Below, in pieces: positions 15,327 to 25,600 of a stretch of DNA of 32,518 nucleotides. The stretch's first letter is position 1. Each line of letters begins with the position of its first letter. This DNA is from a virus. Taxonomy: Duplodnaviria; Caudoviricetes. Position numbers and translations under genes: made by a program. The notes below the pieces were generated by a model. It worked only from the letters and a program-made list of their open reading frames with translations, was not told where the DNA came from and searched no databases. The stretch spans positions 1 to 32,518 of IMG/VR virus record IMGVR_UViG_3300044769_000077; one strand, given 5' to 3'.

Positions 15327-15631
15327 GTACCTTCACCACGTTGCAAATGGCGAAGGACCAAGCGGGCATCCCGCAAGCGGATACCTCTGCCGATGAATGG
15401 GTGCAGATGGTCCTGGATCAGGCTGAAGCGATGGTCCTGTCGTATCTGAAAACAGACGCGCCGGATCCGTCGCCGCTCGTGACTGGGGCGATGTATTTGC
15501 AATTTGCGGAACTCTGGCGCTTCCGTGGGGATGACGTCGAAGGGCAACTCCCAAAGGCGAGCATGCCTGGGGCGCTCTCGCCCGCGATCGAGCGGATGTT
15601 GTATCGGCTGCGCGATCCGGAGCTTGCATGA
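15323..15631 (+). CDS. Head-tail connector (gp6-like)
   Basis: TLQMAKDQ, AEAMVLSYL, LWRFRGDD, MLYRLRDP; position. Confidence 0.85.
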   Translation: MSTFTTLQMAKDQAGIPQADTSADEWVQMVLDQAEAMVLSYLKTDAPDPSPLVTGAMYLQFAELWRFRGDDVEGQLPKASMPGALSPAIERMLYRLRDPELA

Positions 15632-15957
15632 TTGCGTCTGGACGTCGGCGGCATCTCGTGACGTTGCAAACCGTGGCCACTGCGGCTGACAACGACGCCA
15701 GCTTCACGGAAACGCCGTCAACGTTTGCGGTCGCGCGCATGGCGATCGAGCCAGCCACGGCGCGGACGCTTGAACGCGCGGGTATGGGGACGCTCATTGC
15801 GCAGGCGTCACTGGTGCTGACGAGTCCGTATATCTCAGGCGTGACGACACACATGCGGGCGCTGTTCGGATCGCGGGTGCTCTATATCCTCGGCGTAGCC
15901 AATCCGAACGAAGCGAACCGCGAATTGATCTTGGCGTGTTCTGAGGTGGTCGCATGA
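15628..15957 (+). CDS. Head closure protein (SPP1 gp16-like)
   Basis: GRRRHLVTLQ, VTTHMR, LILACSE. Confidence 0.85.
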   Translation: MIASGRRRHLVTLQTVATAADNDASFTETPSTFAVARMAIEPATARTLERAGMGTLIAQASLVLTSPYISGVTTHMRALFGSRVLYILGVANPNEANRELILACSEVVA

Positions 15958-16376
15958 GCGCCTCGATTCGATGGAACGGATTGGACGAACTACGTGAGGA
16001 GCTCAGGAACCTTCCGGAGGTGTTGGCCCAAGAGGCGAGCGGCATCGTCCAACGTGCGGCCGGTGATGCCGCCCAAGAGATCCGCGCAGGCTATCAGGAC
16101 CATCGGCGCACAGGAAAACTCGCGGCGGGCGTCAAGGTGGAGTCCAAAGGGATCGGGCCATTCGGGACGGCCTTGGTTGTGAAGTCGACCGCCAAACATG
16201 CGGCGCTGTTCGAGATCGGAACACAGGCTCGGCATACCAACATCGGGGCGAATCGCGGATCCATGCCGCCCGGAAAGATATTTGTTCCGGTCGTTGTGAG
16301 AAAGCGCCGAGCGATGTACGAGCGCCTGAAGGAGTTGCTCGTGCGGCACGGGGCGAAGGTCAACGGCAATGCCTGA
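15954..16376 (+). CDS. HK97 gp10-like tail completion protein
   Basis: GLDELREEL, RTGKLA, HAALFEIGT, MPP..IFVP. Confidence 0.85.
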   Translation: MSASIRWNGLDELREELRNLPEVLAQEASGIVQRAAGDAAQEIRAGYQDHRRTGKLAAGVKVESKGIGPFGTALVVKSTAKHAALFEIGTQARHTNIGANRGSMPPGKIFVPVVVRKRRAMYERLKELLVRHGAKVNGNA

Positions 16377-16788
16377 TTCAACAGCCATCGATCAAGCGTT
16401 GATCGCGAAGCTGGGCGCCGACGTGACGCTGTTGTCATACATGCCTAACGGGCCGCATTGGGAGGAGTCTCCGTCAGGCTCCACAAAGTTCGTGATCGTA
16501 TCGATGGTCGACTCCGTCGACGAGGCGGTCTTCGGCGGGCGCGCGATCGAGTCAGTGCTCTACATGGTGAAGGCGGTAGGGCGGTCTGATAAGAACCCGG
16601 ACATGGTGGCGGCGGCGGCACGCATCGATGCGTTACTCGAAGATCAACCGCTCACGGTCACGGGCTACAGCTGGATGACGGTTCACCGCGAAGGCCGCAT
16701 CCGCACCACGGAAGTGGATGACGTCAACCCGGACATCCGCTGGCAGCATCGCGGCGGGTTCTACCGGGTTGAGATGAGTCTCACGTAA
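16369..16788 (+). CDS. Tail terminator (DUF3168-like)
   Basis: Size and position; AAARIDALL, WQHRGG. Confidence 0.75.
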   Translation: MPDSTAIDQALIAKLGADVTLLSYMPNGPHWEESPSGSTKFVIVSMVDSVDEAVFGGRAIESVLYMVKAVGRSDKNPDMVAAAARIDALLEDQPLTVTGYSWMTVHREGRIRTTEVDDVNPDIRWQHRGGFYRVEMSLT

Positions 16789-16816
16789 CTGGACACGACT
16801 AGAACAGGAGCACAGC

Positions 16817-17245
16817 ATGGCGATTCTCACAGGGCGTTACGGGCGCGTGGCCTTCGATAGTGATGCTGGCTCGCCGACGACGGCGGCCGAGATCGCATCC
16901 ATCAATGCGTGGACGGGCGATTTCAAGACGGAGTACGAAAACGTCGCGTGCTTCGGCGACGAAAACAACGTCTACCTCCCTGGCCTGAAGGATGCGCAAG
17001 GGACGTTCAGCGGCTTCTGGAACAGCGTGGAGCGGACCTTGTTTACGGCCGCCGATGCGACCTCGCCTGGCTTCCTGATGCTCACGCCGAACGAGTTTGA
17101 CGGCAGCGGCACACCGCTCGATGCGCCGTTCTGGTCCGGTCTGGCCTACATGGATGCCAGTATCGCGTGCAGTTTGCAGGCGCCGAAGGTCACCGGCAGT
17201 TGGAAAGCCGCCGGACCGTTCCGTCTGTCGCCTGTCGGCGTGTAA
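16817..17245 (+). CDS. Major tail tube protein
   Basis: AGGAG SD; GRYGRV, FGD..VYLPGLKDAQGTFSGFW; position. Confidence 0.8.
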   Translation: MAILTGRYGRVAFDSDAGSPTTAAEIASINAWTGDFKTEYENVACFGDENNVYLPGLKDAQGTFSGFWNSVERTLFTAADATSPGFLMLTPNEFDGSGTPLDAPFWSGLAYMDASIACSLQAPKVTGSWKAAGPFRLSPVGV

Positions 17246-17251
17246 CACGGC

Positions 17252-17557
17252 GTGTTCCGTGACATCACGCTTCGTGGGGCGACGGCTCCAGGGGATCCGG
17301 TCTCGGCCGCGATCCTCTGGGGCTATCGTCCCGCGGCGCAATTGAAAAGCTGGAGCATCGTCCGGACGAAGAAGAAGGGCGAGTGGGCATTCGCGGCGAC
17401 GAGTGACGCTATCGAAGCGTTTCTCATCCGGCAGGAACCGTTGTATTTCGCGGCCCCTCGGAAGACGGGCGGATTTTGGATGTGGCCGGTTAAGAGCAAA
17501 GTGCAGTGCGTGGGAACGAACCAACTCAGGGCGACTCTTGGGCAACCCGAATATTAG
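17252..17557 (+). CDS. Hypothetical tail-region protein
   Basis: Fills the gap between tail tube and chaperone genes. Confidence 0.65.
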   Translation: MFRDITLRGATAPGDPVSAAILWGYRPAAQLKSWSIVRTKKKGEWAFAATSDAIEAFLIRQEPLYFAAPRKTGGFWMWPVKSKVQCVGTNQLRATLGQPEY

Positions 17558-17567
17558 GAGACGAGTC

Positions 17568-17963
17568 ATGGCTGTAGTCATTCCGGAATCCGTACGGATC
17601 CCGCTCCGAGATGGACAGTGGATTGAGGTGCGCAAGCGCCTCAGTTATGGCGAGGCGACGAAAGCGCGCGCGAAGGCGTTTACTAAGGAACTCGGATCGA
17701 AGGGCCAACTTCAGGTGGACATGGAACAGATCGGCAAGATCCAGATCATGTCCTATCTGCTGAATTGGTCGCAGACCTTCAACGGCGAACCCATCCCGAT
17801 TCACACGCCCGAACTCCTCTCCTCAGCCTTGGATAACCAAGACGAAGAGACGGTAAACGACATCACCGAAGCGATCACGGCGCATATCGAGAAAGCGAAA
17901 GCCGAAAAAAACGGCCAGGCTGGCGAGAAGAAATTGCCACGACGCTCGCCGTCTGCCGCGTGA
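17568..17963 (+). CDS. Tail assembly chaperone (gpG-like)
   Basis: AGGAG SD, ATG17568, upstream of TMP, slippery site near 3' end. Confidence 0.85.
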   Translation: MAVVIPESVRIPLRDGQWIEVRKRLSYGEATKARAKAFTKELGSKGQLQVDMEQIGKIQIMSYLLNWSQTFNGEPIPIHTPELLSSALDNQDEETVNDITEAITAHIEKAKAEKNGQAGEKKLPRRSPSAA

Positions 17964-18067
17964 TGGGCTGGACCTGGGACGAGACGCGGAACACTCCGGA
18001 CGAGGTGATCGACGTGTTGCTGGACGAACTGGAAGCCGCGAAAGTCGCGTCTGAGGCGAGGGACTAG
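17906..18067 (+). CDS. -1 frameshift extension (gpGT-like) from slippery heptamer A-AAA-AAC at 17906-17912
   Basis: -1 frame reads RPGWREEIATTLAVCRVMGWTWDETRNTPDEVIDVLLDELEAAKVASEARD*, with TAG abutting TMP ATG18068. Confidence 0.85.
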   Translation, partial: KKRPGWREEIATTLAVCRVMGWTWDETRNTPDEVIDVLLDELEAAKVASEARD

Positions 18068-21055
18068 ATGGCCATTTCCGCGACCTTCGTCGCAGATTTC
18101 AGCTCGTGGAAATCGGCGGTCGATGCCGCGACGACACAACTGCGCGGTTTTCAAACCGGTGCGGCGCAAGTCGAGAACTCGCTGAAACGCGTGGCGGATA
18201 GCTTCTCGGGTCGCAAGATTCTCTCTGAAGCTACGCTGGCCGTAAAGGCGGTCGGGGATCTCGGCGGCGTGGCAAAGCTGACGGAACGAGAGCAGGCACG
18301 GTTGAACGCGACGCTCACCGAGGCCGTTGCGAAATACAAAGCGTTAGGACAAACCGCACCGAAGGCGCTCACGGACATGGAGCACGCGACGCGGTCGGCC
18401 GATCAGGCCACTAGTGGGTTTGGCGGCACGATCGCGGGCCTCGGGAAAAATATTCTCACGACGGCCGCGGGTTTCTTCACGGCACAAGCCGCGTTCGCAG
18501 CGGTGAAGTCTGCGATCAGCGCGCTCGGCGATGAACTGAAAACGCTCACGCTTCACGGCGCGGCCGTGGCTGACGTGAGCGAGAACTTTGAACATCTCAC
18601 ACAGACATCTGGACGTCTGGGAACGACGCTGCTCGGGTCGTTACGCGAGGGCACGCACGGCACGATCGCGGACTTCGACCTCATGAAACTCGCGACGCAG
18701 GATTTAGCTGCAGGACTCAACCTCACTGATCAGCAATTCGGCACGCTCTCAAAGGGCGCGTTCGCGTTGGCGCAAGCGACAGGCGGGGATGTCGCGACCG
18801 CGTTGGAGACGATGAACGACGCCATGTTAACCGGGCGCACGCGAGCCCTTGCGTTGTTGACAGGCAAGATCGATCTTGAGAAAGCGGAGACCAACTTCGC
18901 GAAGTCGCTTGGGGTCACGCGCGAGCATCTCAGCGAAGAGGGCAAATTAGAAGCGGCCAGAGCGGCGATCCTCGCAGGTGTTGGAACGGCGATCGAACGC
19001 CTCGGCGTCCAGACGGACGGCCTAGATGAAAAGGTCGCGCAAGCGCAAGCGGCCTGGGCGAATTTCCAGAACGAACTTGGGCGCACGGTCGCTACCTCGC
19101 CAGTCATTATGGCGGGGCTTGACGGTATTTCCGATGCGTTGACCGAGGCCTTTGGCACTGACAAGAGCGCACTCGTTAAGTCCATAGCGATGGCGATCGA
19201 CGATGCGGCGATTGCGGTCATTGGCTTTGCGAAGGCCGCGATCTCAACAGCCGGATTTGTGGTCACCGAATGGTACGCCGTTAAAAAAGTCTACGGCGAC
19301 GTGCGGCAGGTGATTGACGGCTTAGCGTTGGCCACATTGTATCTGGGCAAAGCGCAACTCGCCTTGCCGAATGCCGTCGGGATCGGCACGGCGGCATGGA
19401 AGAAAAACGATGAGGCGATTCAAGGTCTGCTCGTCAGTATGAAGGCGCGCGGTGCGCAATTGCAGGCCGATGATGCTGCGCAGAAAAGTGTCACCGGATC
19501 CACCAAGGTTTATATCAGCGCGCTCGAGAAAGTCGAATCGTCCATGAAAGCCGCAAAGGTCAGCACGGCGGCGCATGCCGTCGCCGTGCTAAGCGGGACG
19601 ACGGCATTGGGAACCGCCAGTATTGCGATGGGCGCGCACACGAATTTAGTAAAAGAAGACACCAAGGCTATGACTGCTCGCGCGAAGATCGTAGTGGAAC
19701 GCTTCGCCATCGAAGCGAGAGCTGCGGACGCACTACGGCAGGCGAGAAAGTATTTCGCCGACGAAGAAGAGAAAGCCTTCGCGGCGAGCCATAAAGTGCT
19801 GACCAAAATCACCGAGGACTATTACAAAAACCAGGAAGAGATCGCGTTTGCGACGAGCAAGAACATTTTGCAGAACAGGGTCAAAGACTTTGAGCGGATG
19901 AACGAAGAGATCCAGACCGCGTTGTCGGTCGGGGCGAAGGTCAAGATCGGCCCATCGTTTGCGCAAAATTTGTTTGAGGGTTTCGGCCCCACCATCATTC
20001 GTGCGTTTGAAGGTGGAGGGAATGTGCTGAAGAGTATTGGTGCCACGCTCGGAGGCAACCTCACGCAGCATATCTTCGGCAAGGATTCTGGGATGTCCCA
20101 GAAGATTATGTCCACGTTCGGTCCCGCGCTCGGCGGGGCGTTTAATGCCTTGCTGCCTGGGATCGGGGCGCTCGCGGGTCCGCTCCTCGACAAACTGGCG
20201 GGACTCTTCGCTGGCATCTTCGGTGGCCCGAGCGGAACAGAACGGGAAGGACGGAGCGCAGCGGATGCCTTCCGCGCATCCTTGGCCTCCACGCTGGACT
20301 GGCAGAAACAGATCGAAGTCCATCAACTCGTGGCCGCTGGGAACTCTGAGAAGTGGGCCACGACGGTCGTCGCGTTACGTGAGGCGTATCTCAAAGCTGG
20401 GCATTCGGTCGACGAAGCCTTAGACGCCACAAACCGACTCTGGGAAGCGGAGAAGAAAGGCGGTGGGGCCGTCCAGAAAGTCATCGATGAAATCGTCACC
20501 GCCATGCACGACGAGATGCCCGCCGCGGCGCGCGAAGCCGCACGGAGTATCGACGATGCCGCTGGCGACATCTCGCATGCCTTTGACGACGTGATCGTGA
20601 CCGTGCGCAACATGCGCGATCTGATCAGCGAACCGATTGACGTCCAAGTCAATTACCTCAAACAGAACACCCAGCAATCGGAAGGCGCGAGACAGCAGGC
20701 CGGAGGACGCAGTTACGAACAGCAGCTCGCGGACTTCCTCGAGAAGAACCCCGGCGACATTGGGCGGGCGGCGGAAGCGATCGGGAACGTCCCAGGCTAC
20801 GCGAGCGGCACGGGCGGGCGCTACATGGACTTTGGTGCAGGGACGCTCGCGATGTTGCACGGCCGAGAGAAAGTGGTCCCAGAAGGCTCAGAGAGCGGTG
20901 GCCTGACGATCGGGGCGATCACGGTCAACGTCAGCGGGTCAGGGAAGAACGCCGAAGACATTGCACGGGAGATTGCGCCCGCGTTGATCACGGAGATTCG
21001 CCGGAACTATCAGGGCACCCGGTCGCAACTCGTGGCGTTATTGGGGACGACCTAA
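18068..21055 (+). CDS. Tape measure protein
   Basis: 995 aa, Ala/Gly-rich helical, hydrophobic segments, C-terminal YASGT...LAMLHGREKVVP. Confidence 0.92.
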   Translation: MAISATFVADFSSWKSAVDAATTQLRGFQTGAAQVENSLKRVADSFSGRKILSEATLAVKAVGDLGGVAKLTEREQARLNATLTEAVAKYKALGQTAPKALTDMEHATRSADQATSGFGGTIAGLGKNILTTAAGFFTAQAAFAAVKSAISALGDELKTLTLHGAAVADVSENFEHLTQTSGRLGTTLLGSLREGTHGTIADFDLMKLATQDLAAGLNLTDQQFGTLSKGAFALAQATGGDVATALETMNDAMLTGRTRALALLTGKIDLEKAETNFAKSLGVTREHLSEEGKLEAARAAILAGVGTAIERLGVQTDGLDEKVAQAQAAWANFQNELGRTVATSPVIMAGLDGISDALTEAFGTDKSALVKSIAMAIDDAAIAVIGFAKAAISTAGFVVTEWYAVKKVYGDVRQVIDGLALATLYLGKAQLALPNAVGIGTAAWKKNDEAIQGLLVSMKARGAQLQADDAAQKSVTGSTKVYISALEKVESSMKAAKVSTAAHAVAVLSGTTALGTASIAMGAHTNLVKEDTKAMTARAKIVVERFAIEARAADALRQARKYFADEEEKAFAASHKVLTKITEDYYKNQEEIAFATSKNILQNRVKDFERMNEEIQTALSVGAKVKIGPSFAQNLFEGFGPTIIRAFEGGGNVLKSIGATLGGNLTQHIFGKDSGMSQKIMSTFGPALGGAFNALLPGIGALAGPLLDKLAGLFAGIFGGPSGTEREGRSAADAFRASLASTLDWQKQIEVHQLVAAGNSEKWATTVVALREAYLKAGHSVDEALDATNRLWEAEKKGGGAVQKVIDEIVTAMHDEMPAAAREAARSIDDAAGDISHAFDDVIVTVRNMRDLISEPIDVQVNYLKQNTQQSEGARQQAGGRSYEQQLADFLEKNPGDIGRAAEAIGNVPGYASGTGGRYMDFGAGTLAMLHGREKVVPEGSESGGLTIGAITVNVSGSGKNAEDIAREIAPALITEIRRNYQGTRSQLVALLGTT

Positions 21056-21813
21056 TGGCGAGCTCCCTGTTCTGCTATTACACCGACATCAAATCATTCG
21101 CGGCGACGTGGTCTCTGACGGCAGGGGCGGCGGATAGCGCCTTCCCCTTGGTGAACCTGAACAGCCCTCGTGCGGACGTGGTCTCCAAGATCACGAGCGG
21201 GACCGCGACGTACCGCGGAACGATCGCCTCCACGGCGATTCAAGCCGTGGCCTTCATCAATACCAACCTGTCTGGCGCGACCGTGACGGTGACGAACAAC
21301 AACAGCATGGCGTCGCAGAGCTTGCTCATTCCGGCCGCGCAGCCTGATGGCCTGAGCCTGAATGGCTTTCTCGATCTGCGGCTGGTGACAACAGCCGCCA
21401 CGCAGTGGAACTTCGCGATCTCGGGATTTGGGTCGAACGTCGCCGTCGGCAAGATTCTCCTCATCGCCAGCGTCCGCGAGATGTGCCATCGCTGGGGCGT
21501 GCAGATTAAGGAACGAAAGCCGTTCATCCTGCACCGCACGGAATACGGGATTCCGCTCGGATTCCCCTTGCGTGTCCGGTACCGAGAATTGCGGCCGAAC
21601 CTTGCGCGAGAGTCTGAGCGAGCGGCCTATACGGCGCTGCGCCGCAGCGGCAGCGGACCCCATGAGCCGTTCTGGTTTGTACTCGATCCCGCCGTGAATG
21701 ATCCGATGTATCTCTGGCATCAACCTGACGAGTGGGAGCACACGCGCGACGCGCCACTTATCACGAAGTGGTCGGATGTCTTTGAAGAGGTTAATCCTGG
21801 CCTCGGGCTCTGA
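21055..21813 (+). CDS. Tail-tip protein (distal-tail position)
   Basis: TAATG-coupled to TMP; beta-rich. Confidence 0.65.
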   Translation: MASSLFCYYTDIKSFAATWSLTAGAADSAFPLVNLNSPRADVVSKITSGTATYRGTIASTAIQAVAFINTNLSGATVTVTNNNSMASQSLLIPAAQPDGLSLNGFLDLRLVTTAATQWNFAISGFGSNVAVGKILLIASVREMCHRWGVQIKERKPFILHRTEYGIPLGFPLRVRYRELRPNLARESERAAYTALRRSGSGPHEPFWFVLDPAVNDPMYLWHQPDEWEHTRDAPLITKWSDVFEEVNPGLGL

Positions 21814-22610
21814 TGCCGATTGAATTTTGTTCCACGCCGATCGTGGTTGCGCCGGCCGCCGGGTCGGCGTCGATCGTGCTCACGCCTGGGTCTCCGATTT
21901 ATACCAACTCCGCCTGGGGAGAACTGATCGCGTCGACGGGCTCGGCGATCACGCTGGTCGGGATCATGATCGGCGGCGGTCCGTCGTTCTGCGATGTCGA
22001 TATTGGGGTCGGTGGGGCCGGATCGGAAGTCGTCGTCGGGACACTGACGCGTGCTGGTGCACAACGCGATTTCTATTTCCCGATTCCGATTGACAACGTC
22101 GCGTCAGGGGTACGTGTCTCCGCTCGGATCCGTGGGACGGCCACGACGGCGGCGCGCGTCCGCGTGCTGTATTACGAGGGCACGGGCCTCGCGGGATTCA
22201 CGGCGACGGCCAAGCCGTGCATTACGCTGCCGATCATCGCACCCGCCGGTACACTCGTGGATGTCAATTCGTCCGCGAGTGCTTGGGCGAACGGGGCCTG
22301 GGCGCAATTGGTCGCCTCGGTCAGCAACAATTCCATTCTCGGTGCGGTGATGGCCAGCAGCGGGACGTCTGGCGCGAATGTGGAATTCGAGGTGGATCTC
22401 GGCATTGGGGCCGCGGCCTCCGAAGTCGTCTTCAGCACATTCCGAGGCACACGATTCGCGACGGGCGTGGGCGGACTCGGCCAGTACGTCATGAAACCGC
22501 CCTACGATTTCATCCCCTCTGGCTCTCGACTCTCGGCGCGTGTGCGCTGTGAAGGCACTACGATCGCCGTCTTCCGGGTATTCGTCTCCGTCTACGAGAA
22601 ACCCGTGTGA
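21813..22610 (+). CDS. Minor tail protein made of two ~130-aa beta repeats
   Basis: NSAWGEL/NGAWAQL, DIGVGGAGSEVV/DLGIGAAASEVV, SGVRVSAR/SGSRLSAR. Confidence 0.7.
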   Translation: MPIEFCSTPIVVAPAAGSASIVLTPGSPIYTNSAWGELIASTGSAITLVGIMIGGGPSFCDVDIGVGGAGSEVVVGTLTRAGAQRDFYFPIPIDNVASGVRVSARIRGTATTAARVRVLYYEGTGLAGFTATAKPCITLPIIAPAGTLVDVNSSASAWANGAWAQLVASVSNNSILGAVMASSGTSGANVEFEVDLGIGAAASEVVFSTFRGTRFATGVGGLGQYVMKPPYDFIPSGSRLSARVRCEGTTIAVFRVFVSVYEKPV

Positions 22611-25600
22611 GTATCGCCAGCATCGTCACGACGAAACCCCTGCACTGGATTCCGCCGGCGGCCGACGGCGTGTCAGTCACCCCGAACGCCAGCGCGTGGG
22701 TAAACTCCGCCTGGGTGCAAATCTCCGCGAGCACGCCTGGTATTTGGACGCTACAAACCGTCACCGCCTTTTCCGACAGCGGGCCGTCACCCGTTCATTT
22801 CGAGATTGACATCGGGACAGGTGCGTCCGGTTCGGAGGTCGTGGTTGGCACGTTGCCAGGCTGCAAGGAAAGTACGACCTGGAATCTGGAGTCGTACTTT
22901 CTCTCGTTCGGAATCCCGATCTCGATCGAAGCCGGCCTCCGCGTGGCGGTGCGTCTCCGTAAGCAAGGCACGGATACCACGGCGTGGACAATTGCGCTCG
23001 GGTATTACGAAGACGACGTCGGCACGTCCAATATCACCACACTGCCACAGTTGTGCGTGCCGAGCGCGGCGGATCCGATCAATGTCGCGTCTGGTGGCGC
23101 CAGTTGGTCGGTGGGGTCATGGGTCGAACTCAGCCCGAGCCTTGACGCCGGATCGATGATCGTCGGCGTGTCGATGCAGCGCCCTGACATGGTGTCCAAC
23201 GACGATCTGATCCTAGAGATCGGCGTCGGCGCGGTCAGCTCGGAGACCGTGCTGACGCGGATCGCGACCACGGAGTTTTCCAACGCTTTTCATGGCGTGA
23301 CGCGGTTCGTCGTGCCGCATCGGTTGGCGACGACGACGCGCGTCTCTGCGCGACTGTCGCAAAGCTACAGCTCTGGTGCGCGCACGTGCGAAGTGAAACT
23401 GATCTACTACGGGCCGCAGACAGCCGCCAGTGGGGATCTGAAGCATCAGGTCATCGAATACATCGGCAACGGCATCACCGGCCGCTTGATTCTCACTGCC
23501 TTTCCGCTGAACGTCGGGAACGTCGCGGTGTGGATCTATCCCGTGCTTCCGGCGGGTGCTGGAACGGCGACACCGCCTGTTGTTCGGACGTCCGCCGACG
23601 CGACGAATAGTTGGCTCGATGGAACGGCAGGCACATCCGCGAATTTCATCACAAGCCTGACGGCCGACGGCTTCACTCTTGGTGCCGGGGATGCGTTCGG
23701 GAAGGTGAACACCTCAGGTACCAAATACATCGCCATCGTCGTCTCGGACGTCTCGACGGACGGGGATTTTATCAAGACGGGTATCTACACCGGGAACGGC
23801 GTCGATGGTCGACTCATTGAGGTCAATGGCGGCGATCCCTGGCAGCCGACCCACGTCTGGGTGCATGGCATCTCTCACGTGTATCGGTCGACGGAGTTTG
23901 TCGGCGATTCCTCGGTGACCCTCCGGGCCTCAGTGGCTGGCGTCAACATGATCCAGTCGTTTGAGACGACGGGCTTCACTGTCGGCACGTCAGTCAACAC
24001 AAACACCAATACGAACGCCTACGGCTATGTCGCGTTCCGGGCTGGTCCGGAGTTTCTCGCGACGGGCTTCGCGAGCTTTACGCTGCAAGGCACGGCGGTC
24101 GATGACGTCGTCTCAGGCTTAGGTTTCACACCGGGCTTTCTTCTGGCCAAGGAATACAACGCCGCAGGCGTCAGCTATTACAAAAGCACGACGTTTCCGA
24201 ACAACGCCGCCGATCTCGGAGACGACTCGCAAGGCTGGAACAGCACGAACGATACCGGCGCAGCCGTCAAGTCGCTGGTCTTCGGCGGGGCCGTATTAGG
24301 GTCCGTCGTCGCGCCTGCTGGTGCCACGATCTACGGCTGGGCCTGGGACGACGTAGACACGGATGCGCCGCCGAGCACGTCGCCATGCACTGGGGGTGGC
24401 ACGGTCGCCTCAGGGACCAACCCGTCCGCCGGCACGTCCCTCGCCACGGCGACGACCATTCATAAGTGGATGGAGGTCACGATCGGCGCGACGACATATC
24501 GCTGGTCGGATGTGGCGATCAATTTCACGACAGCGAAAGAACCGCGCGTCCTCTCGTGGGGCCGCGCGGCGCGCGGGTTGACGGATGGTCGTGGCGGGAT
24601 CGAAACCGCAGCCATGACGATTCGCCTGGCGGATGTGGATCGTGTGCTCCGAGGTTTGCATTCCACGAGTGTGCTGTTGAACAAGGTGGCGACGATCTAC
24701 GCGGCAGATGAAGCTACGATCCGGGCAGCCGGGACACCGTGGACCGTCTTCACGGGCGTGGTACGAGACTTCAGGCCGGAGTCCGACCTGAGCTATCGAC
24801 TCGTGCTCGAAGACGCGCTGACATTGTCGATCTCGGCGTTTGCCCAGGAACGGCTGGTGCCGTCCTATCTGATCGGCCCACTGATCAGTGACGGCAACCC
24901 GGTGGAAAAGGTCTGGGACTCCCCGGCGCAAATCTGTTATGGCGCCCTCAGCGATGAAGACGACGAAGAACCAGAAGGCACCGTGCTCTGTCCGTTCATT
25001 GCGGCCGAGACGCTCCCCGGACATGAGGAGCTCGGCAACCTCTACAAGTATCTGGTCTGCCGCGGCGCGAGCCATGACGTGCAGGCGGTGTTCGTTGGCG
25101 ATCCCTTCAGCGGCACGCCGCCCACGACGCGCGCGAAAGCTGGTGCCGGTGAATACGGGACTCGGTTATGGGTGCCGCATCGGGCGGGATGGCTCGAAGC
25201 TGTCGACTACGCGATCCAGGATAGTCGACGCTGGACCTACATCTACCTCGATCAGAATCACCCCGGCGCGGATCCATCGCGGCAAAACAAGATCCCTTTG
25301 CTCGCGAATATCTGCGGTCGTGAGACAACCGGGGATGCGACGGGCAACACGATCGATTCCCTCCCATTGCAATTGCTGCACTTCATCAATAACGAAGTCG
25401 TGCAAGACGCCACGGGGGACTGGCTGTCTATCAAAGCACTCGGCGCCTACAGCCTTCTCGACACAGCCAGCTTCACGACGGTGAAGACGCGGAGCGAAGC
25501 GCGGATCGCGGGCGGCTACATCGGCGCGTCAGTCATCGGCTACGGTTTCCGACAGATCACCTTGCGTGATGCGATTGCGCAGTTCTGTCAAAGCGGCGAT

